Below, in pieces: positions 24,415 to 37,000 of a stretch of 64,000 nucleotides of DNA. Source of the DNA: Macrostomum hystrix (lineage: Eukaryota; Animalia; Platyhelminthes); contig CATNEN010000038.1 in the NCBI GenBank assembly GCA_950097015.1, positions 28,706,001-28,770,000 on the forward strand. The letters are read 5' to 3'. Each line of letters opens with the position of its first letter. Within the stretch, counting starts at the first letter, position 1. The position numbers and the translations under genes are program-made. The notes under the pieces are model-generated. The model did no database searches and had not been told where the DNA came from. It worked only from the letters and a program-made list of their open reading frames with translations.

Positions 24415-26821
24415 ATGCAAGAATTCCCAGGAGAGACCTTGGCAAACGCAACCGCGGCTTCAGGAGTCGATCCGGACGAAATCGACGCTGCACTGGAACG
24501 CTCCGGGTGCTTTGGTCGCCGTCGCCTACTCGTTTCAATTGTCTGCGTAGTTGCCAGCATTGCCAATTCACTAAGCATTGTCTGCTCCTCATTCGCCATG
24601 CCAGCGGCAGAGTGCGACCTTCGCATGAGCTCGGTGCAGCTTGGCATGGTGAACGGGGCGGTCTTCGCCGGTATGCTCGTCGGCTCCTTGCTATTTGGAG
24701 CTGTTAGCGATGCCCATTTAATTAGTCGACGCGCTGTTATCACGGCCAGCTTGAGCATAGGCGCTGTTGGCACTCTTCTCTCGTCTGCGGCGCTTAACTT
24801 TTTCACGCTGATGCTGCTCTGCAGCCTCATTGGCATCGGCGCTGGGGGCTCCTTTCCTGTGGTGTTATCTTACTTTGCCGATTGGCAGCCTCGACGTACA
24901 CGTGGTTCTGCCGTCTCCGGCTTCTGCAGCTGCTGGATGCTCGGCGGAATGCTTGCCTCTGGCTGCGCGTGGGCTGTACTACCCAGGCCGCTCGAGTGGC
25001 ACCTATTCAAACTTGGCGGCATCAGCTTTGGTGCCTGGCGAATGTATATGGTTCTGTGCTCGTTGCCATACGCCATAGCCGCAGTGGCGTTCGGATTGTG
25101 CCTACCGGAAAGTCCAAAATGTTTACTGAAGGTGAGCGCTGGTGTTGCTGAGCTCTTTTTGGAAAAATTAACATATACGCTCGCGACGAAATTATACTTT
25201 GAAAAGCAAGAGAATCAAGTTCAGCACATGGTTTTAACCAGAAAGTATGATCAAATGATATTACAAGAGTTTATTACTTGCTCATTATTCGAGTTTGTAC
25301 GAGCGTATGCTTGTTGACCCTTGCTTCATAGTCGCTTACAATATTTTCACCGCAATAGTATAGCGGATTTTTCACTGATATAAAATCATTACTTGAATGT
25401 TTGATTTGCAGTGGAAGGATTCTGAACAGTCCAATGCGCTTCTGAACAAGACTGCCCAGATGGGGCTGGTATGTAAACGCGTCTTAACTTTTTTGTACGT
25501 ATTCAAATCGCAAAATTCTTTATTTAACACCGACAAGATAGTATAATCGCACTTTAATCACTACAGTTTGTTAACTGTATATACGGCTATTGATGATTGA
25601 ATAAGTGATGAATTGATAATTAGGCTTCGCAGTCTTGGAGAGAAAGTTTGCAACTTTTCATGCAATTTGGGCCCATGAGGGCCAACCCCAAATACAGTGA
25701 TAGAGTACACAGTCGGACGTTGAAAGAGTTTCCTTGATTCCTCGCTGACTGTAGGTCGACTCTAACGATAAAATCAAGTGAACACCCAGCCAGTATTATT
25801 GTCATTACGAAACTATCGCTTAAAAAATCACGGAAAACTAACCTCCAACAGATATTTGAAGCCAAGCTCTCCGATTTGACACCGTCAAAGAGTGATTCGT
25901 CATCAAGTCGGAAGTCGAGATTCCTAACACTGATTAGCGAACTGCTCAATCGTAAGCACAGACGAAGTGTTTTATTAATTGCGGCTCTCAACTCCGTGAT
26001 CTCATTCAGCTACTATGGCTTGCTGCTCTGGTTTCCCGTGCTGTTCAAACGGGCCCATCAGCTTGGCGGCAGCGAGGATGCTAATGAAAATAGCTTGACT
26101 TCTGTGTGCGCCTTGCCAGTTACGGGCAACCAAAGTCGATTTGGCATCATCGGCAATGCCACAGTCTTCTGGTCAGGTTAGTGTCTTGCTTTTACCCTGG
26201 TTTTCTACAAACAGCAGCCAGTTTGCTTGTTATAATAGCCAGTTAGGAAAAATGAGCGGAGAAATTTGTCTTTTCGCAGCCTGCGAACCAAAAATCCTGA
26301 TGGCAACTCGGCCGTACATCGAGACATTGCTAGTGAACGTTGCCAACGTGCCTGGTAACCTCATCTTGTTTGCTCTAATCGACCGAGTGCGCCGGCAGAT
26401 ACTTTTGTCAGTTAGCCTGACTCTAATGGCCGCCAGCGTCAGTCTTATCGCAATAGTCTGGTCGCACGCCCAGGCTCTGGCATTCTCCTGCGCATTCGCA
26501 GCAATGTCCGCCATTGTGTGGAGCTCATACAGCGTGCTCGCCGTGGATCTTCTACCTAGTCAGCTGCAAGCCAGTGCCCTGGGCATCAGCTTCGCTATAG
26601 GCCGGCTGTGCTCGCTGCTCGGTTCGGTCGCTTTCGGCGCTCTCGTAGACGCTGGCTGCGTGGCACCGATGTCGCTCTCGGCTGGGGCTCTGGTTGTTGG
26701 CGCCGTGTTGGCGTGCGCCCTGCCAGCCAAGAGGAATTCAGATGCGCCAACAATCATTCTGGGGATAAAAAATAAGGACGAAAATGCACAAGAACCCGTT
26801 CAAGAGACTGACGAAATATAG
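24415..26821 (+). CDS. MFS transporter, SV2/SVOP-like (~546 aa, 4 exons)
   Basis: Exons 24415-25131, 25412-25468, 25852-26176, 26280-26821; GT-AG, 1641 nt in frame. SV2-like FAMPAAECDL, GMLVGSLLFGAVSD, WRMY, LPESPK, FSYYGLLLWFP, LIDRVRR and multiple hydrophobic TM segments. Confidence 0.88.
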
Positions 26822-27069
26822 AGGAGAAGAAATCACGGCGATGCATTCTCACTTTATGTTTTACTAATTCATTGCTTGAAGAATAATTGGATGCGTTTAA
26901 ATTCGCAAACATTAGATAAAAATCTACACACGGCCAAAATTTGAATTGCGCCAATCAGAGAATAATTAGGGAAGCTTTTAACTCAAAAAAATCCTGCCTT
27001 TATCCCTTCCTGCTTCACTTTCTGAACTTGGACGCTTATCATTCCTGGCTCAGCTTTTGGTCACGCCCT

Positions 27070-27212
27070 GCGTCTCACCTGCCTCCCATCAAATCTCTCT
27101 TGTGCCTCACCCTGTCTCACCTGTTTCACACGTGTCTCATCCTGTTTCCCATGTCTCTAACCCTGTCTCACGTGCCTCTTAGCCTATTTCACCTGTCGCT
27201 AACCCTGTCTGA
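27070..27212. repeat. Short degenerate CACCTGTCT-type tandem repeat
   Basis: Repeated CACCTG/CCCTGTCTC motifs. Confidence 0.5.
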
Positions 27213-28083
27213 CCGTTGTTTTTGAGCTTCGTACTTTTCGAAATTCCTAAGAGGCATTTTAAAACTTAAAATGGAAGGCCTTTAATGGAAAGTGTTAAAT
27301 GTGAATTAATGTGTATAATCTAAAATTATCGTGTCTTAGTTATCAACAGGCTAATAGATTTCTTTAATAAAGCCACCAAGCTAGCAGCTTGGTACTTTAA
27401 CACTTAGATTAAAACCAATTGAGAGAACAAAAAAGCACTTTATTTAATGTTTTTTTACTTGGCACGTAGGACATTTAAAACCTGCATTTATTCTACTGGT
27501 ACTCGTAGTTATAATTTCGTACTGATAACATGCTCATATTGTTGAATAAAATACGCGATCAATATTTCTAGTTGTTATAAAAGTATAGTAAAACATGAGT
27601 TTAAAATTGTGAATAGATTTGCGATCACAGCAAATAGCTTCACACATAGGAAATTGAAGTGCAGTTTTCCGCATCAAAGTAGTAGTAATGATAAATATTT
27701 AGAAATACGTACATAGGAAATAAGCTTTAAGCAAGTGAAGCACGGCTTTACTTAATCAAATCTGAAGTTCTATCACTGCCGAGAATATTGAAAATCACTG
27801 ATTTGTCATTGCTAGGATTACAATTATAAAACTGAATTTTTAATCCATCCTATAAATAGTTGCGCATTTTTATATTCTGCTAGATTTTTTTGTTAATATC
27901 GTTGATCAAAGAGCTATAGCAGATTCAAGAACTTTAGTCTAAATTTTCAACCTCCAGTTTTTAGCGGCATAAAGTATTTTTAGTTTTTTTCGTCTAACAT
28001 GAATATATTGGCATAAACAAAATTATTGTTTTACTCATCAAAACAGGCCGGAATGTTTCAATAAAGGTCTCAAAATGTGTTAT

Positions 28084-31000
28084 TTAACCGGCGTAGGAGA
28101 AACCTAGCAGCTTTCGACGATCCTTCGGCTGCGGCTTCGGCTTGATTATCTTCTTCGGCTTTGGTGGCTGCACGTTGATGATCTTCTTGATCTTCTTTAC
28201 CTTCAGTCGGAGCATCCAGTGTCTCCAACGCTTCAGGTAACTAAGGCAGTCCTTGCAGCTAACCTGACCCATCAGCTTCACACTGTGAGAGCACTTGGAC
28301 CGACTAGCCGTGAATGTGATCTGGTACAGGTTGCGCTGGTTGCGCACACACTTGCATCCGAGAACCAGCTTCTTCTGCACGCCATGGCGACAGTCTAAGC
28401 AATTTTTTAAAGGAGGGTGTTCTAGCTTCTGGATCTAGTCTATATATTAAAAGCTAAAATGCACCTCCGAATTGAAATTGAAAGTCTAGAATTACCTGGC
28501 TGGCAGTCGAAGTAGGCAACCACTGTTGATTTTGAAACACAAGTGAACAGGCCGCTGGCAGACTTTGTACGCCTGCTAGAAACAAACAGAAGTCGACGCA
28601 CTCCGTGGAAGCAGGTGGAGACGATGTAGAAACCACGCGAGCAACGAGGCGGCTCGGCGCAGCGGATGCGTCTCAAAACAAGACTCTTGGCACGGCAGAC
28701 TCCGCGAACACGAATGTAAATTGTCTTAACAACCCGATGGAAACCCTTGATGCACTTCTTCTCAATGACTGTGATTCCCTTTTTGCAAGCTAAAATACGA
28801 ACGTGTGTGAAAAAATTTATGTAAATTCCAAACCAAAAATAAAACTATATGTAATAAAAAGTACTTACGACAGGGAATCTTCTTGACAACACGCTCGCTA
28901 TGGACACGACATTTGCCGTCCTTGAACTTGTAAATGATCTGGATGAATTTTCTATAACCAGAGCGCTTAGAGCAAGGCAAAACTCTCTTCTTTGTCGGGC
29001 AAACAACTGGAGCGTGGCAAGGCACACGAGACACGACGACGTTTTTGCGGCATCGAAGAACACAGATCGATTTGCGACATGTCTTTGCCACAGAATAAGT
29101 TATTGTGCGCTCCTCGCGGAACTTCCGTGAACCAATGCAAGGAATCTTAACAACCTTAACTTTCGGGCACTTAACAGGGCACGGGAAGTGCTTAGCAACA
29201 GTGTGCTTCTTGCACTTAGGATAACTGCCAGTAAACCAGGTTGTTATTACCGACCGGTAACGCCTCTTGCCACCACACTTGGTTACGCGTGGGATCTTCT
29301 TGGTATTGCAGAAATGGGGCGCAACGCATGGGACAGCTGAACGTGTGACGTGCCGAACGCACTTCTGACGGCACTTCGGTGGAAGACTCTTGGTGCAAAT
29401 GATCTTACCAACATAAAAAATAGTAGTTGTCACACGATTCTTTACTCCCTTGAGACAACGCTTAACGATCTTCTTTGACTTCGGACAAGGAATCGGAGCT
29501 GAAAAAAAACAAGTCCATATGCAAAAAAAGCAAAACAACATTGCTCAAATTCTAAAAAAATATTTGTTACTTACGACACGGAGCTCTCTTAACAATCTTC
29601 GAGGTGTACGACACACAACGTCCACCAATAGCCTTGTAGAAAACTTTGACGACATATTGATGAGTTGAGTCTTTCCTACACCGACGTAGGACAGTCTTGC
29701 TAAAGCATTTTACTTTCGGGCACTTGATCTTAGTGATTGTCTGCTTCCTGACGCACACACCAGCGCGATCGAAGAACACCACCTTGGTCGCCTTCCTGTA
29801 GCCCTTGTGGCACTTCTTGTCGATGAGCAGCAGCGGCTTCTTGTTGCACTTGCACTTCACGATGGACACCTTGACGTTCTTCTTGTGGCACACGTAGCCG
29901 GTCTTGTACTTGCGCGACTCGTAGAAGCTCAGGTAGGTCGAAGTGAATCCGGCTTGACACTTTTTGCCCACAGTCGTCTCGTGATAGTGGTTCTGGTGGG
30001 AGGTGCAGCCACCGCAGCGAACGCGTCGCACAATCTTGCTACGCCAGACGCAGCGTCCGCGGATCAGACTGCGGTACTTGACACTGAAGGTTCTGAAGTT
30101 CTTCACGCACTTCGAAGTGTGGTAAGACAGCACAAAGCGGCACTTGACGCCCGGCTTTTTGCATGCCTTCCTGGCTGAGCGCTTGTGCTTCTTCACGCAG
30201 ATGGTCTTGCAGTGGCGCTTACCAGACTTCGGGGCACCTAGAAAAGGTAAAGCGATTTCTCAGTCTAATCCCACAAAGCATTTCAGGTGAACACAGTCAA
30301 TGAAATGTGCGCAATAGTAATATATGCTTACGCAGACAGAGCTTCTTCTTCTCGAAGTAGTAGGTGGTGGTGTAGGAGTGCGAGTTCTTCTTCGAGCACC
30401 GAGTGTGCACCTTGTACGGCTTCTTGCACCGATGCGGAACAGGTGGCGGGCACGAGACGCGCGAGTGGATCAGCTTCGTGTAGCAGTGGAGGGTGCAGAT
30501 CGACTTGCTGCACCTCTTCTTCACGTAGGAAGTCGCGATGGTGAGCGTTCGGTACTTTCTGCCCTTGCCGCACGACGTTCGCTTGACGGTCTTCGACTTC
30601 GGACATGTGACTGGGCACGGGATGTGCTTGGCGATTCTGTGCTTCTTGCACAGCTTGCCCTGGCGAGTGTTCCAGGTGGTGATGACAGATCGGTAGCGCC
30701 TCTTTTTGCCGCACGTCGTGACCTTGACCTTCTTGATCGTGTCGCAGGGTGGAGGTGTCTCGCAACGTGTAGCCGAGCGGGTCACTCGCTTTGTGCACAC
30801 CTGATGGCACAAAATCGGCCTCGTCTTTGTGCACACAATCTTGCCAGAGTAGAAGGTTGTGATGGTGTAGCGGAGCTTGGCTCCCTTTGTGCACCTCGTG
30901 AGGATGCGCTTTGACTTCGGACATTCACGTGGAGCTGAAAAGCAAAGCATGCATTTTTACTTTTTCGCTGCAAACTATTGTTATGTAAAACTAACACCGC

Positions 31001-34000
31001 AGATGTTGCTGTTCAATACACTTACGGCAGAGCAAGCGGGCCTTTGTCTCTCGCTTGTAGACGATGCAAACACCGCGCACATTCTTGTAGTACACCTGAA
31101 TCTTGTACTTGTAGGCAGAGTGCTTATGGCACTTGGTCCAGTAGAACGGAGGCTGTTTGCAACGACGATCTGGCGGCTTGACTTCGCACTTCTTTCGGCT
31201 GCGCAGAACCTTCTTTTCACACCTCACAGTGCACTTGCCCTTGTGAACACACGAGCGACGGACAGTGTAAGTGACGATTGTCTTTACTGAGAACTTGGCG
31301 TCCTTCACGCAAGGCTTGCGGATGATCTGAGTCTTTGGACACACCAGCGGGCACGGGTAGCGCTTGGTGGTCGTGTGCTTCTTGCAAATTCCGCCGACGG
31401 GACGATACTTGATTGTGATGAACTCTCGGAATCGACGCTTGCCGCCGCACTTGGTCGCGCGGATGTAGTCGCGCTTGCATTTGACGATTTTGCACGGATT
31501 CGACGATCGCTTGACCTTCTTGGTGCAGGTCTGGGTGCAGCGGGGAGGCAGAGACCGAGTGCACCTGATGCTCGACACGTAGAAGATGACAGTCTTTGTG
31601 CGATTGATCGCGCCGTTCTTGCACTCAGTGCGGATGGTCTTTGCAGCGGGGCACTTCCTTGGCGCTGCAACGACAGAGAAATTTTAAAGCATCTAGAATA
31701 CACTAGAATCTGGTAACTTTTGATGAGGTACTCTTCAAACACAGACGAATTGTGTACTTACGGCATGGGAGCTTCTTGATGACCTTTCTGCTCTTGGGGA
31801 CGCACTTCTTTCCGTTCCACTTGAAAGAGACCTGAGTGATCACGCGGAAGGCCCTGTGCTTCTTGCAATGACGAATGATTGTCTTGTCGGAGCAATCCCT
31901 TTTGTAGACGCAACGCTTCCTTGGAGACGTCTTGTGCTTCTTCACGCAGATCGTCTTGCATCGGTGCGGTCCGCTCGTTGATTTTCCTGTAGTATCGAAG
32001 TGAGAAAATGTAAACCAAAAAGAACAGCTACAAAATGTTGTAAATCATATTTCAGACAAATACGTATTTTTTTGCGATGCTTACTGAGGCACAGCTTCTT
32101 CTTCTCGAAGTAGTAGGTGGTGGTGTAGGAGTACAATCTCTTGTTGATGCACCGAGTGTGCACCTTGTACGGCTTCTTGCACCGATGCGGAACAGGTGGC
32201 GGGCACGAGACGCGCGAGTGGATCAGCTTCGTGTAGCAGTGGAGGGTACAGATCGACTTGCTGCACCTCTTCTTCACGTAGGAAGTCGCGATGGTGAGCG
32301 TTCGGTACTTTCTGCCCTTGCCGCACGACGTTCGCTTGACGGTCTTCGACTTCGGACATGTGACTGGGCACGGGATGTGCTTGGCGATTCTGTGCTTCTT
32401 GCACAGCTTGCCCTGGCGAGTGTTCCAGGTGGTGATGACAGATCGGTAGCGCCTCTTTTTGCCGCACGTCGTGACCTTGACCTTCTTGATCGTGTCGCAG
32501 GGTGGAGGTGTCTCGCAACGTGTAGCCGAGCGGGTCACTCGCTTTGTGCACACCTGGTGGCACAAAATCGGCCTCGTCTTTGTGCACACAATCTTGCCAG
32601 AGTAGAAGGTTGTGATGGTGTAGCGGAGCTTGGCTCCCTTTGTGCACCTCGTGAGGATGCGCTTTGACTTCGGACATTCACGTGGAGCTGGAATTGAAAT
32701 GTTTACTTAGCCCATATTTTCCTGAGTATGGAAAGAAAATAATTAACCTGAAACTTGTCGGTGTGGCAGTGCTGTTTTAGTAAATGTATTAGTAACACTT
32801 ACGGCAGAGCAAGCGGGCCTTTGACTCTCGCTTGTAGACGATGCAAACACCGCGCACATTCTTGTAGTACACCTGAATCTTGTACTTGTAGGCAGAGTGC
32901 TTGTGGCACTTGGTCCAGTAGAACGGAGGCTGTTTGCAACGACGATCTGGCGGCTTGACTTCGCACTTCTTTCGGCTGCGCAGAACCTTCTTTTCACACC
33001 TCACAGTGCACTTGCCCTTGTGAACACACGAGCGACGGACAGTGTAAGTGACGATTGTCTTTACTGAGAACCTGGCGTCCTTCACGCAAGGCTTGCGGAT
33101 GATCTGAGTCTTTGGACACACCAGCGGGCACGGGTAGCGCTTGGTGGTCGTGTGCTTCTTGCAAATTCCGCCGACGGGACGATACTTGATTGTGATGAAC
33201 TCTCGGAATCGACGCTTGCCGCCGCACTTGGTCGCGCGGATGTAGTCGCGCTTGCATTTGACGATTTTGCACGGATTCGACGATCGCTTGACCTTCTTGG
33301 TGCAGGTCTGGGTGCAGCGGGGAGGCAGAGACCGAGTGCACCTGATGCTCGACACGTAGAAGATGACAGTCTTTGTGCGATTGATCGCGCCGTTCTTGCA
33401 CTCAGTGCGGATGGTCTTTGCAGCGGGGCACTTTCTTGGCGCTGCAACGACAGAAATTTTAAAGCATCTAGAATACACTAGAATCTGTTGACTTTTGATA
33501 AGGTACTCTTCAAACACAGACGAATTGTGCACTTACGGCATGGGAGCTTCTTGATGACCTTTCTGCTCTTGGGGACGCACTTCTTTCCGTTCCACTTGAA
33601 AGAGACCTGAGTGATCACGCGGAAGGCCCTGTGCTTCTTGCAATGACGAATGATTGTCTTGTCGGAGCAATCCCTTTTGTAGACGCAACGCTTCCTTGGA
33701 GACGTCTTGTGCTTCTTCACGCAGATCGTCTTGCAAACCTTCTTTCCACCTGATGCCGGCTTTCCTTTGCCCATGTCTTGAAATTAGAAAGAAAATTTGT
33801 TTGAAAATTTGTTATTGAAGCTGTATTCTCTTGCGATTTTGTTTGTCTGATTTAGTCTTTCTTCGTAAACAGTTCTCACCCTGGCAAACTTCGCGGGCAA
33901 CGCTGCCAACAATGGAGTCGAGCTTGTTGAAGTCACCTGCACGCCAGAACCTTCCCCTGCTTGAGATGCCCTTCAGTTCGTCTCTGGAATCGATTTGATA

Positions 34001-37000
34001 TGGTAGGACTACTCAATTACTGCTCAGTTTAGCTTGTTTGTGATGTAGATCGTAAATTTCGTATGCTAGCGATGCTTACGCTTCTCCCTTTGGAAGCTAG
34101 AAAAAGCCTATGCGAAGATGGGAATCAAAACTTACGGGTTTATCTTGTCAGTGACGCTCGGGTCAGGGTTATAGATTCCGACTGACACAAACCGAGCGCC
34201 TTTCTTCTTAAGAACGCTTGCTGATGCAATGGCGTCTCCCATTGTGCTCTTGCCGTCGGTGATGACAACAACAACAAATGGCACGCCGGCTCTCCTCTTC
34301 GGGAAAATTTCGCTGTCGACAAGATCGATAGCTGCGTAGGTCATAGTGACGCCTTCTTCCCTTGGCAGCTTGGACATTGCGGCCAGGACTTGCGACTTGG
34401 TGTTGTACTTATCGAGGTTGAAAACCAGCTTCGGAGTAGTCGAAAAGGTAACCACGGCGACGCGGACACCAGTTGGTGAGACGCCCATTTTGCGAACAAT
34501 GTGCTGCACGAACTGCGATTCCTTTGCAAAGTCAGCATCATGAATGCTCGTCGAAGAGTCGAGAACAAAGACGAGATCGGCAACCTTGCTACAAGTGCGA
34601 CTTGGAGGCACGATTAGGCCTGTGCACAGCTTCTTCTTCTCGAAGTAGTAGGTGGTGGTGTAAGAATACAATCTCTTGTTGATGCACCGAGTGTGCACCT
34701 TGTACGGCTTCTTGCACCCATGCGGAACAGGAGGCGGGCACGACACGCGAGTGTGGAGCGTCTTCTTGTCGCAGTAAAGAGTGCAGATCGACTTGCGGCA
34801 CCTCTTCTTTACAGAAAAGGTAACAATCGTGAGCGTTCTGTACTTCCTGCCTTTGCCGCACGAAGTTCTCTTGACGGTCTTGGACTTCGGGCATACCAGT
34901 GGACACGGGTAGTGCTTGACAATCTTGTGCGCCTTGCAGCCTTTGCCGACACGAGAGTTCCAGGTGGTGATGATAGATCGGTAGCGCCTCTTTTTGCCGC
35001 ACGTCGTGACCTTGACCTTCTTGGTGGTGTCGCAAGGTTGGGGTACTCCACACGGAACGGCAGAACGCGTCAAACGCTTGATGCACCTCTGACTGCACAC
35101 TTGTGGAGTTGTCTTGCTGCAGGTGATCTTGCCGATGTAAAAGATGGTTGTGGTGACACGGTGGCTCGCTCCCTTCTTGCAGTGCCGGACAATCTTTCTC
35201 GACTTCGGGCATGGCCGTGGAGCTGAAGAAGAAGAAGAATATCTTTTTTTCTCATTTTCGGAATATGCGCAGTAAAATGAATTTGTGTATGAAAGCAAGT
35301 ATCACGTAAAACTTACGGCAAGGGATTCGCTTGGTCGTGATGCGCTTGACCGGAACGCAACGCCCGCGAACTCGCTTGTAGTACACCTTGATCAGATATT
35401 TGTAAGCTGAGTGTTTCGTACAGTGCTTCAAGACGGCCTTCACCTTGCACGCCTTCACAACTGGCTTGCATGTCTTTGTCTTGCGAACGACGACATTTTT
35501 AACGCACTTGGTGACGCACTTTCCCTTGTGAACACAAACACGCCTGACAGTGTAGGTAATGAATAACTTGACTTCGTGCGAGCTGCCCTTGGAGCAAGGC
35601 TTGCGGATGATCTGAGTCTTTGGGCAAATCAGCGGGCACGGGAAGCGCTTGGTGGTCGTGTGCTTCTTGCAGACACCTCCGACAGGCAAATATTTGGTGG
35701 TGATAAATTCTCGGAATCGACGCTTGCCGCCGCACTTGGTCGCGCGGATGTGTTCGCTTTTGCATTTGACAATTTTGCACGGATTCGACGATCGCTTGAC
35801 CTTCTTGGTGCAGATCTGGGTGCAGTGTGGGGGCAGAGACCGAGTGCACCTGATGCTCGACACGTAGAAGATGACAGTCTTTGTGCGATTGATCGCGCCG
35901 TGCTTGCAGTGCGTGCGGATTGTCTTTGCACGTGGACAGGGTCTCGGAGCTGCAAAGTCAGAGGAGAATGCGTAATTCAATTTTACTGTTTCTTCAATGA
36001 TGAAGAAATAAAATTCAAAAAGGTAAACTGAAAGAGAAAGGTAATTTCTTACGGCAAGGCTGCTTGCGGATAATCGTAGTACGATATTTGCGACACTTGC
36101 CACCGGCAAGCTTGTAGGTGATTTGCAGGAACAGTCGGTATGCAGAGTGCTTTGTGCACTTCTTGACAATCATTGCCGGGTCGCAATGCATTGGTGGGAT
36201 CGGGCACTTGAGCTTGGTGATTGTCTGCTTCTTGACGCACACACCAGCGCGATCGAAGAACACCACCTTGGTCGCCTTCCTGTAGCCCTTGTGGCACTTC
36301 TTGTCGATGAGCAGCAGCGGCTTCTTGTTGCACTTGCACTTCACGATGGACACCTTGACGTTCTTCTTGTGGCACACGTAGCCGGTCTTGTACTTGCGCG
36401 ACTCGTAGAAGCTCAGGTAGGTCGAAGTGAATCCGGCTTGACACTTTTTGCCCACAGTCGTCTCGTGATAGTGGTTCTGGTGGGAGGTGCAGCCACCGCA
36501 GCGAACGCGTCGCACAATCTTGCTACGCCAGACGCAGCGTCCGCGGATCAGACTGCGGTACTTGACACTGAAGGTTCTGAAGTTCTTCACGCACTTCGAA
36601 GTGTGGTAAGACAGCACAAAGCGGCACTTGACGCCCGGCTTTTTGCATGCCTTCCTGGCTGAGCGCTTGTGCTTCTTCACGCAGATGGTCTTGCAGTGGC
36701 GCTTACCAGACTTCGGGGCACCTAGAAAAGGTAAAGCGATTTCTCAGTCTAATCCCACAAAGCATTTCAGGTGAACACAGTCAATGAAATGTGCGCAATA
36801 GTAATATATGCTTACGCAGACAGAGCTTCTTCTTCTCGAAGTAGTAGGTGGTGGTGTAGGAGTGCGAGTTCTTCTTCGAGCACCGAGTGTGCACCTTGTA
36901 CGGCTTCTTGCACCGATGCGGAACAGGTGGCGGGCACGAGACGCGCGAGTGGATCAGCTTCGTGTAGCAGTGGAGGGTGCAGATCGACTTGCTGCACCTC

